A stretch of DNA of 64,000 bases from Acidobacteriota bacterium (GCA_965209055.1 OZ242374.1:2080001-2144000); one strand, 5' to 3'. Shown: positions 1-9,536, numbered from the stretch's first letter. A program made the numbers and translations. The notes: a model not told the origin generated them from the sequence alone.

Positions 1-1644
1 CTGGTGGGAGAGCGGTACGACGTGCTCTTCCATCTGATGGAGAAGGTCTCCACCGGTTTGATGGGGCTGACCATGGGCTGTGCCCGCTGCCACAGCCACA
101 AGTACGATCCCATCCCGCAGCGGGACTACTACCGCCTGCTGTCGGTCTTTGCCACCGGCTACAACCCGGTGCGCTGGCTGCAGCCCAAGAACCATCACCT
201 GCCCAGCGTCTCCAAACGGGAACAGGAGGCGATCGAGCGCCACAACGCGGAGATCGACAAGCCCGCGGCCAAGCTCAAGGAGCGGCTCGAGGCCATCCAC
301 CGTCCCTACCGCGACAAACTGCTGGACGGCAAGCTAGAGGAGCTGCCGGAAAACATCCGCCCGGAGACGAAGGAGGCTCTGGCGACGCCCGAAGCCGACC
401 GGAACGACGTGCAGAAGTTCCTCGCCTCCAAATTCGAGGATCAACTGGCCGTCTCCCCGGAGGACGTGGTCAAGGCCCTGAACGAGGAGCATCTCGCGGC
501 CCACAAGAAGTTGACCGAACGGCTCCGGATCCTGGACGGCTATCGCCGTTCGTGGGACAAGATCCAGGCCCTGTGGGACTTGGCGGCGCCGCCCAAGATC
601 CGTCTGCTGCAGCGCGGCGAGGTCGAGCGCCCGGGGCCGCCGGTCCGGCCGGGCTTCCTGGAGGTGGTCAGCCGGCCCGGAGGGACCGATGCGGTCCGGC
701 CGCCGGAGACGCAGGGTGAGACCAGCGGCCACCGTCTGGCCTTCGCCCATTGGCTGACCCGGACCGACCACCCTCTTACCGCCCGGGTGTTCGTGAACCA
801 AGTCTGGCAGCACCACTTCGGGCGAGGCATCGTCGAGACTCAGGACAACTTCGGCAATCAGGGCAAGCCCCCGTCCCATCCCGAGCTGCTGGATTGGCTG
901 GCGGTGGAATTCGTGCGCCAGGGCTGGAGCGTCAAGAAGCTCCACAAGCTGATCATGACCTCCACGGCCTACCGCCAGTCGTCCGAGGGACCTGCCGCCG
1001 GCTCCTTCGCGCTCCGGGCGGATCCGGAAAACCGGCTCTTGTGGCGCATGAACCTGCGCCGGTTGGAAGCGGAAATCCTGCGTGATTCCATCATGGCCGC
1101 CAGCGGCAAGCTGGACTGGACCATGGGAGGCCCTGCCGTTGAGGGCCCGCTGATGGCCGACGGCCTGAAGACGCTGAACCCGCACACCGATTCGCCGGGT
1201 GAGATTGCCGACGCCCAGGCCACGGGAGTCTGGCGGCGCAGCGTCTACCTGCTGGCGCGGCGCTACTTCCCGTTGGGATTCCTGGAGACCTTCGACGCTC
1301 CCATCATGCAGACCAACTGCAGCCGGCGGTTGAACTCGGTCTCGCCACTCCAGTCACTGACGCTCATGAACGACGATTTCGTCGTGGAGAACGCCCAGGC
1401 CTTCGCCCAGCGGGTCGCCGGCCTGTCCAACGGCGATCCCAAGGACGCGATCGAGAAAGCCTACCTGCTTGCTCTCTCCCGTCCCCCCTCACGCGAGGAA
1501 GCAGAGATCGCCGGAGCGCACCTGGCTCGCCAGAAAGATCTCTATCTCAAGGCCAACGCCGAAGAGGCACAGGCCGAGAAGAAAGCCCTGGAGAGCCTCT
1601 GCCACCTGCTGTTCCTCACCAACGAGTTCCTCTACATCGGCTAG
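1..1644 (+). CDS. DUF1549/DUF1553 (PSD1) domain protein, 5'-truncated by the window edge
   Basis: CARCHSHKYDPIPQRDYY, HPLTARVFVN...WQHHFGRGIV, PSHPELLDWLA and RRLEAEILRDS motifs. Confidence 0.9.
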   Translation: MVGERYDVLFHLMEKVSTGLMGLTMGCARCHSHKYDPIPQRDYYRLLSVFATGYNPVRWLQPKNHHLPSVSKREQEAIERHNAEIDKPAAKLKERLEAIHRPYRDKLLDGKLEELPENIRPETKEALATPEADRNDVQKFLASKFEDQLAVSPEDVVKALNEEHLAAHKKLTERLRILDGYRRSWDKIQALWDLAAPPKIRLLQRGEVERPGPPVRPGFLEVVSRPGGTDAVRPPETQGETSGHRLAFAHWLTRTDHPLTARVFVNQVWQHHFGRGIVETQDNFGNQGKPPSHPELLDWLAVEFVRQGWSVKKLHKLIMTSTAYRQSSEGPAAGSFALRADPENRLLWRMNLRRLEAEILRDSIMAASGKLDWTMGGPAVEGPLMADGLKTLNPHTDSPGEIADAQATGVWRRSVYLLARRYFPLGFLETFDAPIMQTNCSRRLNSVSPLQSLTLMNDDFVVENAQAFAQRVAGLSNGDPKDAIEKAYLLALSRPPSREEAEIAGAHLARQKDLYLKANAEEAQAEKKALESLCHLLFLTNEFLYIG

Positions 1645-1755
1645 GAGGGGGGACATTCCTGTCCCCCGCAACTCCTCAAGGAGCGGCGGTTTCCCAACCG
1701 CCGATTCTTGGAACGTCGGGAAACGCGGCGCACAGGCGATTGGAGATCGCCCTTC
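1645..1755. repeat. Cluster of REP-like palindromes
   Basis: GGGGGACATTCCTGTCCCCC, GGCGGTTTCCCAACCGCC and GGCGATTGGAGATCGCC hairpins directly after a stop codon; related copies at 12694-12820 and 60713-60790. Confidence 0.75.
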
Positions 1756-1785
1756 CTCAGCCTTGCTATATTGACCTCAAACCAA

Positions 1786-2745
1786 ATGACCGAAAATCAA
1801 CCAGAATCCGAAGACACGGGCATCCTCTCCCGTGCCCAGGGATGCCTGCTGGGCCAGCTCGCCGGAGACGCCCTCGGCAGCCTGGTGGAATTCCAGACTC
1901 CGCAAGAAATTCGCATGCAATACCCTGGCGGCGTCCGGGACCTGGCCGACGGCGGGACCTGGAACACCATCGCCGGCCAACCCACCGACGATTCCGAGAT
2001 GGCTCTGTTGCTGGCCCGGATGCTGGCGAGACAGGGAAGCTACGATCCCGAGCAAGCCCGGCAGGCTTACGTCTTCTGGTTGGAATCCGGACCCTTCGAC
2101 TGCGGGGGGACCATCTACCGCGGTCTCCGGGGCCGGACCAATCCGGACAGCCAGGCCAACGGCGCCCTGATGCGGATCAGCCCTCTGGGAATCTTCGGAG
2201 CTCGCCACGATCTGCGGCACGTGGCCGATTGGGCCCGCCAGGACGCGGCGCTCACTCACCCGCACCCGGTCTGCCTGCAGGCCAACACCCTCTTCGCCAT
2301 GGCGGTCTCCCAAGGCATCCGCACCGGATGCGACCCAAACGACCTCTATCGGCTCGTCGCCGATTGGGCCAAAGAACTTGGGGTGGAGGACAGCCTTATC
2401 GACACGGTCCACCGCGCCGCCGAGTCGCCTCCTTCCGACTACGTCTCCCTCCAGGGCTGGGTATTGAAGGCGTTCCAAAACGCTCTCTGGCAGCTCACTC
2501 ACGCGTCCAATCTGGAAGAGGCGGTGGTGGACACGGTCATGCACGGCGGAGACACCGACACCAACGCAGCCATCTGCGGCGCGCTCCTGGGCGCCGTCTA
2601 CGGCCGGGACGCGATCCCGGACCAATGGGCCGGCTGCCTGCTCAACTGCCGGCCCGAGGCCGGGCGGCCCAACGTCTACCGGCCTCGCCCGGAGTGCTTC
2701 TGGCCGGTTGACGCCCTGGACTTGGCCGAGCGCCTGCTCTGCTGA
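1786..2745 (+). CDS. ADP-ribosylglycohydrolase (DraG/ARH family)
   Basis: GCLLGQLAGDALG, QPTDDSEMAL, ANGALMRISP and GGDTDTNAAICGAL; ATG 1786 chosen because the upstream TTG lies in the repeat cluster. Confidence 0.92.
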   Translation: MTENQPESEDTGILSRAQGCLLGQLAGDALGSLVEFQTPQEIRMQYPGGVRDLADGGTWNTIAGQPTDDSEMALLLARMLARQGSYDPEQARQAYVFWLESGPFDCGGTIYRGLRGRTNPDSQANGALMRISPLGIFGARHDLRHVADWARQDAALTHPHPVCLQANTLFAMAVSQGIRTGCDPNDLYRLVADWAKELGVEDSLIDTVHRAAESPPSDYVSLQGWVLKAFQNALWQLTHASNLEEAVVDTVMHGGDTDTNAAICGALLGAVYGRDAIPDQWAGCLLNCRPEAGRPNVYRPRPECFWPVDALDLAERLLC

Positions 2746-2751
2746 CCCCCG

Positions 2752-3171
2752 TCACAGTGTTTCCCAGGGATTGACCACGTCGAGATCCAAGCTGCCGAAG
2801 TCGGCGGCGTTCCTGGTCGCAAGCACCAGGTCGTGGGCCTTGGCGGTTCCGGCAATGAGTGCATCTCCCAGATCCAACACGCGCCCGGCGCGATGCGCCT
2901 GCGCGCGAAAATGGGCAGCCCACTCTGCGTCCATTCTCTCCGGAGGAAGGACGCGGTCCTCATATCCGGTGATGAATTTCGACAGCGTCGCACGCAAGCG
3001 GTCGCGGCGCTGTCCCAGCGGCAGCAGTCGCAAGCTGAATTCCAACTCATGCAACACGATGGTCGGAACCCACAGATCGTGGTGTTCGGACAGGAAAGCG
3101 ACAACCGGTGGCGCCGGAACATTCCTTGTCAAATCCGAGATGACATTGGTGTCCAAGAGAAAACCGTTCAA
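2752..3171 (-). CDS. vapC: Type II TA toxin, PIN domain (VapC family)
   Basis: FLLDTNVISD...ELEF...DALIAGTAKAHDLVLATRN. Confidence 0.92.
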   Translation of the reverse strand: MNGFLLDTNVISDLTRNVPAPPVVAFLSEHHDLWVPTIVLHELEFSLRLLPLGQRRDRLRATLSKFITGYEDRVLPPERMDAEWAAHFRAQAHRAGRVLDLGDALIAGTAKAHDLVLATRNAADFGSLDLDVVNPWETL

Positions 3172-3452
3172 TCCGCATCTCCGGAGAAGAACGGGATCTC
3201 CCGCCGCGACCGCCTGTCACCTGGAATCTCAAGGTTCACGCCGCGCGGCATGTTTTGGACCAGCCACTGTCCCAAGGGCGTGCGGACCGGCGCATGAGAC
3301 TGCCACACCCGCTCAGGTACAACCACGAAGGGCTTCCGCACACCGATTCGCTGGGGTCCCTTCTCTTCGGCGAGCCGGAGAATTTCAGACAGTCGGGCTT
3401 TCGCCTCGGCAACCGTCCAGGTTTGGTCGCCCTTGTCAGTTTGGGAAGTCAT
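3168..3452 (-). CDS. Phd/YefM family antitoxin
   Basis: WTVAEAKARLSEILRLAEEKGPQRI; 4-nt overlap with the toxin start. Confidence 0.88.
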   Translation of the reverse strand: MTSQTDKGDQTWTVAEAKARLSEILRLAEEKGPQRIGVRKPFVVVPERVWQSHAPVRTPLGQWLVQNMPRGVNLEIPGDRRSRREIPFFSGDAD

Positions 3453-3511
3453 AAAAGGCGACTCGGTGAGAAATGCAGGTTGTAACCTTTCCACACGAGC
3501 CAACGTAGAAT

Positions 3512-3540
3512 CTCACATTTTTCCCACAGACTTTTCCACA
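3512..3540. repeat. 29-bp exact repeat, copy 1, containing DnaA-box-like 9-mers
   Basis: CTCACATTTTTCCCACAGACTTTTCCACA is identical to 5824-5852. Confidence 0.85.
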
Positions 3541-3583
3541 GGCGTCGAAAAGATATCTCTTGGTGCCAAGCGTCGCGGCTTTT

Positions 3584-3982
3584 CTAACGGCGTGGGGTGA
3601 GGATCTCGCAGGCAGGACCCGTGGCCCGGTCGAGCCTCCGGTCAAGTGTCGCCAGCGAACACCCCAACGCTTCGGCCAGGGCCACGTACCACGCCTCGTA
3701 GCTGGTCAAGTTGGTCCGAAGTGCCCATACCCGGTCAGCGAATGGCGCGAACGGGAACAGGTCCAGATCGAGCCGAAGCAAATCGCGCTGTGCACTGTTG
3801 GCCTCGAGCCTCGATATTTCCCCGATCCCTTCCAACCGGCGCAAGATGTTGCTCACCTCCGCCAGGAGCAATTCCGGACCGGCCAGAGAGTCCTGGACCA
3901 TCACCGACTCCGCCCACACCCCTTCGTGTCCCGAGTCGACCAGGGCCGCCACCAGAAAGGACGCGTCGACGACGATCGTCAC
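3584..3982 (-). CDS. vapC: PIN-domain toxin (VapC family)
   Basis: IVVDASFLV...PELLLAEVSN...YEAWYVALAEAL...TLDRRL. Confidence 0.9.
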   Translation of the reverse strand: MTIVVDASFLVAALVDSGHEGVWAESVMVQDSLAGPELLLAEVSNILRRLEGIGEISRLEANSAQRDLLRLDLDLFPFAPFADRVWALRTNLTSYEAWYVALAEALGCSLATLDRRLDRATGPACEILTPRR

Positions 3983-4215
3983 GTTCGGTCCGCATCCCGG
4001 GCCTGCAAAATGCTGGAGGGTCGTACGCGGGTGCCCGCCGCTTCCTTCCGCTCACGAACCCGTCGAAGCCATGTGTCGAGGGCGGGCCGGGATGCGATCC
4101 GTTCCAACTCCTGACGCAGAAATTCCTGCATGGATTGGCGCCGCAACGCAGCGCGCGCCGCCAGTTCGTCCCGCACCCTTTCGGGGACACGTCTGATGGT
4201 GATCTGTACTGGCGT
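3979..4215 (-). CDS. FitA-like ribbon-helix-helix antitoxin; start codon uncertain (ACG at 4215 or GTG at 4176)
   Basis: In-frame PVQITIRRVPERVRDELAARAALRRQSMQEFLR; overlaps the vapC start. Confidence 0.75.
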   Translation of the reverse strand, partial: TPVQITIRRVPERVRDELAARAALRRQSMQEFLRQELERIASRPALDTWLRRVRERKEAAGTRVRPSSILQARDADRT

Positions 4216-4255
4216 GCTTTCATTATGACCGCATAGACATGGCTATGAAAGCACG
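4213..4255. promoter_or_regulatory. Inverted-repeat operator over the TA promoter
   Basis: CGTGCTTTCAT (4213-4223) and ATGAAAGCACG (4245-4255) are perfect 11-bp arms; minus-strand CATAAT at 4222-4227. Confidence 0.65.
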
Positions 4256-4637
4256 ATGCAGTTCAATCAAGGATTGTCGGCGTCACGCGTGCTCGGAGAC
4301 TTTGGCTCTTGTTGGTGTTTTTCGACGCACAAATTGGGGGGAATAATTGTCTTCTGCGACGATTACAGGCTGTAATCTCTGCGGAAGCTGCGGACAATGT
4401 ACATCTGCGGCCATCGCGCCACCCGGTGAGACATGCGGGTTAGAATACGAACGTGGACATGGCGAAAGCCTCCGTCACCGTCGAAGGAAGCAGGATCCGG
4501 GTGGTTCGGGGTCGTGGATCCATGATTCCCTTGACCGGAAGGGAGTGTCCGAAAGTCGCGTCACCCCTCATTTCCCCCCACGCTTTGAAATACATGGGCG
4601 TCTCGGCTCCCAAGAAAAACACAGGAGGCGGGAGAAG

Positions 4638-5692
4638 TTGAAGGTTCATACCGCAGGCGTGTCCTTCTCGAAAGACCACCTGGATGTCTATTGGGCGCCG
4701 GAGGGGAGGTCGGGACGGTTTTCCAACGACGCGGCCGGGTTCGATGCTCTGGTCGGAGAGATCGACCGGCGGGTCGCCTGCGTGGCGTATGTCCCCGTCA
4801 AATCGTTTCATCTCGAGTTTGAAGCAGCCTTGCAGGGCACGGGAGTGCCGTTGACGCGGTTGCACCTGCCAAAGTCGCGGAGCATTGTGCAAGCTCTGGG
4901 CCGGTGGGCCGGTGGGCCGGAACGGGCACGGCCGGTGCACGAGGTCTGGCCAAGATGGCCAAGGTCTACTGGATGAAGTCGCAAAACCTTAAGGAGCTGC
5001 AGGAGGCGCGGGACTTGCTTGTTGAGGAGCGAGCGCGGCACCGGGTCCGCGGCTGGGACTTGGACCATGAATTGCTCAATCGGCAGAACGAGGAGATGCT
5101 GCAGCAGATCGGGCGGCATCTCCCCGCCGTCGAAAAGAGGATTCACCAAGTTGTGGAAGAGGATGGCACCCTGGCTCGGCGGGTCGAGATTCTGACCTCC
5201 ATTCCAGGCGTCTCGATCCTCACCGCGGCGGGCCTGATCGCCGGGCTGCCGGAACTCGGGACGCTGGATTCCAAAGCGGTGGTCAGTCTGGCGGGAATGG
5301 CTCCCGTCAAGCAGCGGTCAACCCCTCGGCGGCGGCGACGGTCCGGAAGACTGAGGGTCCGACGACTCTTGTATCTGTCGGCACTCTCCCTGATCCGCCG
5401 TAATCCCGATATGCGCCGGATGTACGGAGTTTTTCGCGCCCGGGGCAAGCCGCCGCGGGTTGCCCTTGGCGCCGTGCTGCGCAAACTCGTCATCCTGGCC
5501 AACGTGCTCCTCCGCAAGGACTGCCTCTGGTTGCCCTCATCCGACTGGGAGGCGGCCAGCAGACGGGAGCCGTACGATGAGACGAGGGACGAGAGTACGG
5601 AATGGGATCTTGTCCGGATCTCCCAGGAGGTGGACAAGGTCCTACAGGAAAATTATGGGGAGCTCTGGATCAGGCCCCATCCTGAATCGTAG
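4638..5692 (+). pseudogene. IS110-family transposase remnant, frameshifted and catalytically degenerate
   Basis: N-part AGVSFSKDHLDV...FSNDAAGF resembles GIDVSK; C-part LTSIPGV...LIAGLPELG...LAGMAP...GKPPRVALGAVLRKL lies in another frame; shift near 4904-4976. Confidence 0.8.
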
Positions 5693-5775
5693 ACCAGTTT
5701 CTTCTCCAGGTCCCTGATGAACCTCGCCGAATTTCGCGCGATGTTTTCGGGGCCGTGATCGAAGTGGAAGGTGTC
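5689..5775 (-). repeat. Diverged duplicate of the 3' end of the sugar epimerase gene (7167-7255)
   Basis: FHFDHGPENIARNSARFIRDLEKKLV versus FHFEHGPENIARDSARFIRDLEEDLV. Confidence 0.9.
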
Positions 5776-5823
5776 GAAGGCAGGAGGGGACAGTCTTGTT
5801 CCCCAGTCCAGCCGACCTGATCG

Positions 5824-5852
5824 CTCACATTTTTCCCACAGACTTTTCCACA
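5824..5852. repeat. 29-bp exact repeat, copy 2
   Basis: Identical to 3512-3540. Confidence 0.85.
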
Positions 5853-5969
5853 AGAGGTGTCCATGTCGTGCGTGCCTGGAGACTGCGGCGATTGTCGGCA
5901 GTATTCGACGCACAAATGCGGCGATAAATTGCCTCCTGCGGCGATTATGTCCTACAATCTCCGCGAATT

Positions 5970-7082
5970 ATGCGGAGATTGTATATCTACGAACATCCCG
6001 ACTGGCCCCATCTCCATTGGAAGGATGACAGCCTGATCGAAATGCTGGCGACCGTCCGGTATCAACAGGGACGGTTGATCGGTCAGATGGAGGCCCTCGG
6101 CGTCGATCTACGGCAGGAGGCGGTGTTCGAAACCCTTACGGAAGATGTGCTGAAGACGAGCGATATCGAAGGGGAACGACTCGACGCAGATCAGGTCCGC
6201 TCCTCGGTCGCCCGTCATCTCGGTCTCGACCTTGGCGGTCTCCGGCCCGCCGACCGCAGGGTCGAGGGGATCGTGGAAATGATGCTGGATGCCACCGGAC
6301 GCCATGAGGAGCCGCTGACCGGAACTCGACTCCACGGCTGGCACGAGTCTCTGTTTCCGTCTGGCCGCAGCGGCCGGCGGCGGACCACGGTGGGAGGCTG
6401 GCGCGATGACCGCACCGGCCCGATGCAGGTCGTGTCCGGTCCCATCGGCCGTGAGAGGGTGCATTTCGAGGCCCCGCCCGCGGCCCGCCTTGCCCGGGAA
6501 ATGGAGGCCTTGCTGGACTGGTTCAATGCGCCTGCCGACACCGATGAAGTGGTCAAGGCCGGGGTGGCCCACCTCTGGTTCGTCACCCTTCACCCCTTTG
6601 ACGACGGCAATGGCCGTATGGCGCGGGCGATTGCGGACATGGTCCTGGCCCGCTCCGAGGGGAGTTCGCAACGCTACTACAGCATGTCGTCGCAAATTCG
6701 GCAGGAACGCGCCGACTACTATGACGTCCTCGAACGGACGCAGAAGGGTACGACGGACATCACGGCTTGGTTGGTCTGGTTCCTGGCCTGCCTGGACCGT
6801 GCCATCGAAATTTCACGGAGGACGCTGGCGACGGTCCATAAAAAAGCACAATTTTGGAAACGTGTTGCCGATGTTCCTCTCAACCGGCGCCAGAGACGGG
6901 TCCTCGACCGCCTCCTGGGTGAGTTCGAGGGGAAGTTGACCACTTCGAAATGGGCCAAGCTCGCCAAATGCTCCCAGGATACGGCCCTGCGGGACATTAC
7001 CGATCTGGTCCGGCGCGGTCTCCTCGCCCGCAATCCGGGAGGGGGCCGAAGCACGAGCTACAGTCTGGTCGATTCCTCGTAG
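5970..7082 (+). CDS. Fic family protein (DUF4172 N-terminus, C-terminal HTH)
   Basis: HPFDDGNGRMAR Fic motif; N-terminal YIYEHPDWPHLHW. Confidence 0.93.
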   Translation: MRRLYIYEHPDWPHLHWKDDSLIEMLATVRYQQGRLIGQMEALGVDLRQEAVFETLTEDVLKTSDIEGERLDADQVRSSVARHLGLDLGGLRPADRRVEGIVEMMLDATGRHEEPLTGTRLHGWHESLFPSGRSGRRRTTVGGWRDDRTGPMQVVSGPIGRERVHFEAPPAARLAREMEALLDWFNAPADTDEVVKAGVAHLWFVTLHPFDDGNGRMARAIADMVLARSEGSSQRYYSMSSQIRQERADYYDVLERTQKGTTDITAWLVWFLACLDRAIEISRRTLATVHKKAQFWKRVADVPLNRRQRRVLDRLLGEFEGKLTTSKWAKLAKCSQDTALRDITDLVRRGLLARNPGGGRSTSYSLVDSS

Positions 7083-7166
7083 TCTCCGAGTTCCTCGGTT
7101 GGCAACCGTGGAACAAGCAAATTGAGACCGGCGCCGCGATATGCTCAGCGACTTGAAGATTCGGGC

Positions 7167-8063
7167 TTAGACCAGGTCTTCTTCCAGATCCCTGATGAAT
7201 CTCGCCGAATCTCGCGCGATGTTTTCGGGGCCGTGTTCGAAGTGGAAGACTTCGAGCGACACCCAGCCCGGATAGGCGAGATCCTTCAACGCCTGTAGGA
7301 CCGGCTTGAAGTCGTAGTCGCCGGTCCCCGGATGGCGGCCGTCCAGTTCGTTGACGTGGACGTGCTTGATGTAGCGGTCGTATTTCCGGATCGCTTCATC
7401 GTGAGGCAGGGTCTCGCCGACGGCGTTGTGGGTGTCGAACATGGACTGCACCGCCGGGCTGCCGATCTGCTCCACGATGGCGACTGCCTCCTCCAGGTTG
7501 TTGACCACGTCGCAGAGATGCGGCGCCAGGGGCTCCAGGAGGATCCGCACCCGGCGCGCCTCGGCATCGGGCGCCACCTTGGCCAGGCCCTCGACCAGAC
7601 GTCCGGCGGCGTCCCGGCGCGTCGTTCCGTCCACCGTGCCGCGCTGCCGGGCCGATCCCAGGATCATCAGGCCATCGTCACCCAGGTCGGCGCACAGGTC
7701 GACGAGGCCCTGAAAGTAGTCCCAGCTTCTCTCTCGCCGGGTCCGGTCCGGCGTCGTCAGGTGAAGCCAGCGGGGCGCCTTGAGCATGTTGTGCATCCCG
7801 GCGTAGAGGAGTCCCTCCGACTCTCGGATGTCCCGCAACTCCCTGCGCTGGCCGGGGGATAGGGAATTGGGATCGTCCGAGAGCAGGTGCGGTGCGATCT
7901 CGATCCCCTCGTAACCGGTCCGGACCGCCCCCTTGCAGGTCTCGGCGAAGGTCCAGCTCTGGAACGTCCCGCTGCAGACGGCGAGGCGGATTCGGTAGCC
8001 GGCGGGTTTACGGGAGGGTCTTCCCTCAGATGCTGTCTGGGAACAGCCGGACACCCGATTCAT
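7167..8063 (-). CDS. Sugar phosphate isomerase/epimerase (xylose-isomerase-like TIM barrel)
   Basis: GYEGIEIAP, LLEPL, MFDTHN, HVHVNE, PGTGDYDF and WVSLEVF; ATGA overlap with the upstream gene. Confidence 0.88.
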   Translation of the reverse strand: MNRVSGCSQTASEGRPSRKPAGYRIRLAVCSGTFQSWTFAETCKGAVRTGYEGIEIAPHLLSDDPNSLSPGQRRELRDIRESEGLLYAGMHNMLKAPRWLHLTTPDRTRRERSWDYFQGLVDLCADLGDDGLMILGSARQRGTVDGTTRRDAAGRLVEGLAKVAPDAEARRVRILLEPLAPHLCDVVNNLEEAVAIVEQIGSPAVQSMFDTHNAVGETLPHDEAIRKYDRYIKHVHVNELDGRHPGTGDYDFKPVLQALKDLAYPGWVSLEVFHFEHGPENIARDSARFIRDLEEDLV

Positions 8064-9136
8064 AGTTGAAAGAGTTGCTTGGCATTGCCGGCGTAGATTT
8101 TCTCCAGATCCGCAGCCGGCAGGCCGAGGCTGTCGATTTTCGACACGATCAGGTTGGGGTCCACCCACGGATGGTCGCTGGCATAGAGCAGCCGGTTGGG
8201 ACCGGCGAAGTCGTAGCCGTACCGGATGGCCATGGCGATGGGAGAGACCGTATCGAAATAGATCTGACGCAGGTACTCGCTGGGCGGCCGGTTGATGTTC
8301 TCCGCCCCCCGCTTGAGCACCTGGGTCTGATGGTCCATGCGGCCGACCAGATAGGGCAGCGCCCCGCCCACATGCGGGCAGAGCAGCTTGAGCCGGGGGT
8401 GCCGGTCCAGGATCCCGGCCAGGATGATCCGGGCCAGGGCGATGGTGGTGTCGAACATCAGGCCCAGGCCGCCCACCAGGGAGCGTCCCTTCACGGCGTC
8501 GTACGTCATGGGGTAAGCGGGATGGAGCAAAATGGGAATGCCCATCTCTTCGGCCCGTTTGAACAGGGGCCGGAACTCCTCTTCGTCGGGAAAACGGCCC
8601 GCCAGGTTCGAGTAGAGCAGGATGCCGCGGAAGCCGAGCTGGTCGACGCAGCGGTCCAGTTCCCGGAGCGACTCCTCCAGGTGATGGAGCGGCAGCGTCG
8701 CCAGCCCGAAGAAACGTCCCGGATACGACTCGGCGGCGTCTCCGATGAAGTCGTGCGCCAGCTTGGCCACCTTGGGGCCGTCGGCGCCGAAGCACTCGGG
8801 TCCGGGGTCGTTGATGCTGAGGGCCGAGGTCCGGATGCCGGCCCGGTCCATGTCGGCGATCTTGGCGTCCAGGTCCAGGTGTTGCGGCCGGACGCGCCGG
8901 CGCCATTCCCCGGTGAGGGTGTAATAGGCGCCCTCCTGCTCGTAGGCCCGGGGGAGGGTGTCCCGGGTCATCATGAACTTGAGGACGGGAGGCGGGACCA
9001 TGTGACTCTGGGCGTCGATGCGGAAGAGGTTCGCGTCCGTCCGCACCCGCTCGCCAGTCGCCGGGCCCGGAACGGACGCGCTGCCGGTGGTGGAAGGAGA
9101 CTCACTCCGATCAGACAATTCGTCTCCTCTCTCCAT
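8060..9136 (-). CDS. Amidohydrolase family 2 (ACMSD-like decarboxylase)
   Basis: IDAQSHM, IADMDRAGI, PILLHP, PHVGGALPY and LLYASDHP. Confidence 0.88.
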   Translation of the reverse strand: MERGDELSDRSESPSTTGSASVPGPATGERVRTDANLFRIDAQSHMVPPPVLKFMMTRDTLPRAYEQEGAYYTLTGEWRRRVRPQHLDLDAKIADMDRAGIRTSALSINDPGPECFGADGPKVAKLAHDFIGDAAESYPGRFFGLATLPLHHLEESLRELDRCVDQLGFRGILLYSNLAGRFPDEEEFRPLFKRAEEMGIPILLHPAYPMTYDAVKGRSLVGGLGLMFDTTIALARIILAGILDRHPRLKLLCPHVGGALPYLVGRMDHQTQVLKRGAENINRPPSEYLRQIYFDTVSPIAMAIRYGYDFAGPNRLLYASDHPWVDPNLIVSKIDSLGLPAADLEKIYAGNAKQLFQL

Positions 9137-9536
9137 GCTTGCGGGTGAGCAGCGTCGCCCCTGCGAGCCGGGCTGCCTTCCGTTCGAAGGTGTACAGCGG
9201 ATGGGCTCCCGATCGTTCGGCCGCAGCCAGGATCATCAGGTCGGAAAAACCCGATCCGCCTGTCCGATAACGGAACGCCGACCGGGCCACATCGCCGGCC
9301 GCCTCGACCACGATCCCTTCGGTGGCCACCAGTTCCTCCAGCACTGCCGCAATCCGGTCGCGGGGATGGCCATAGGCCCGTTCCAACACCCAGACGAGTT
9401 CGACGACCACTTCGCGGCAGACGTAACCGGGCCGGTCTGCCGTGAGCGAATCCAGCAACGAACGGGAGGCTTCCGCCTGATTGGCGTCGTCGCGAACCAG
9501 ATAACGGACGAGGACGTTGGTGTCGAGTGCGATCAC
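9111..9536 (-). CDS. vapC: PIN-domain toxin (VapC family)
   Basis: MIALDTNVLVRYL...VELVWVL...FSDLMI. Confidence 0.9.
   Translation of the reverse strand: MIALDTNVLVRYLVRDDANQAEASRSLLDSLTADRPGYVCREVVVELVWVLERAYGHPRDRIAAVLEELVATEGIVVEAAGDVARSAFRYRTGGSGFSDLMILAAAERSGAHPLYTFERKAARLAGATLLTRKHGERRRIV

Noticed and set aside
3487-3540. Replication origin
   Set aside because: Only 2-3 DnaA-like boxes, no clear AT-rich unwinding element, and no dnaA/dnaN/gidA context.
2752-7100. Integron cassette array of TA genes
   Set aside because: No recurring attC pattern (RYYYAAC...GTTRRRY), mixed gene orientations, and the integrase in the window does not look like IntI.
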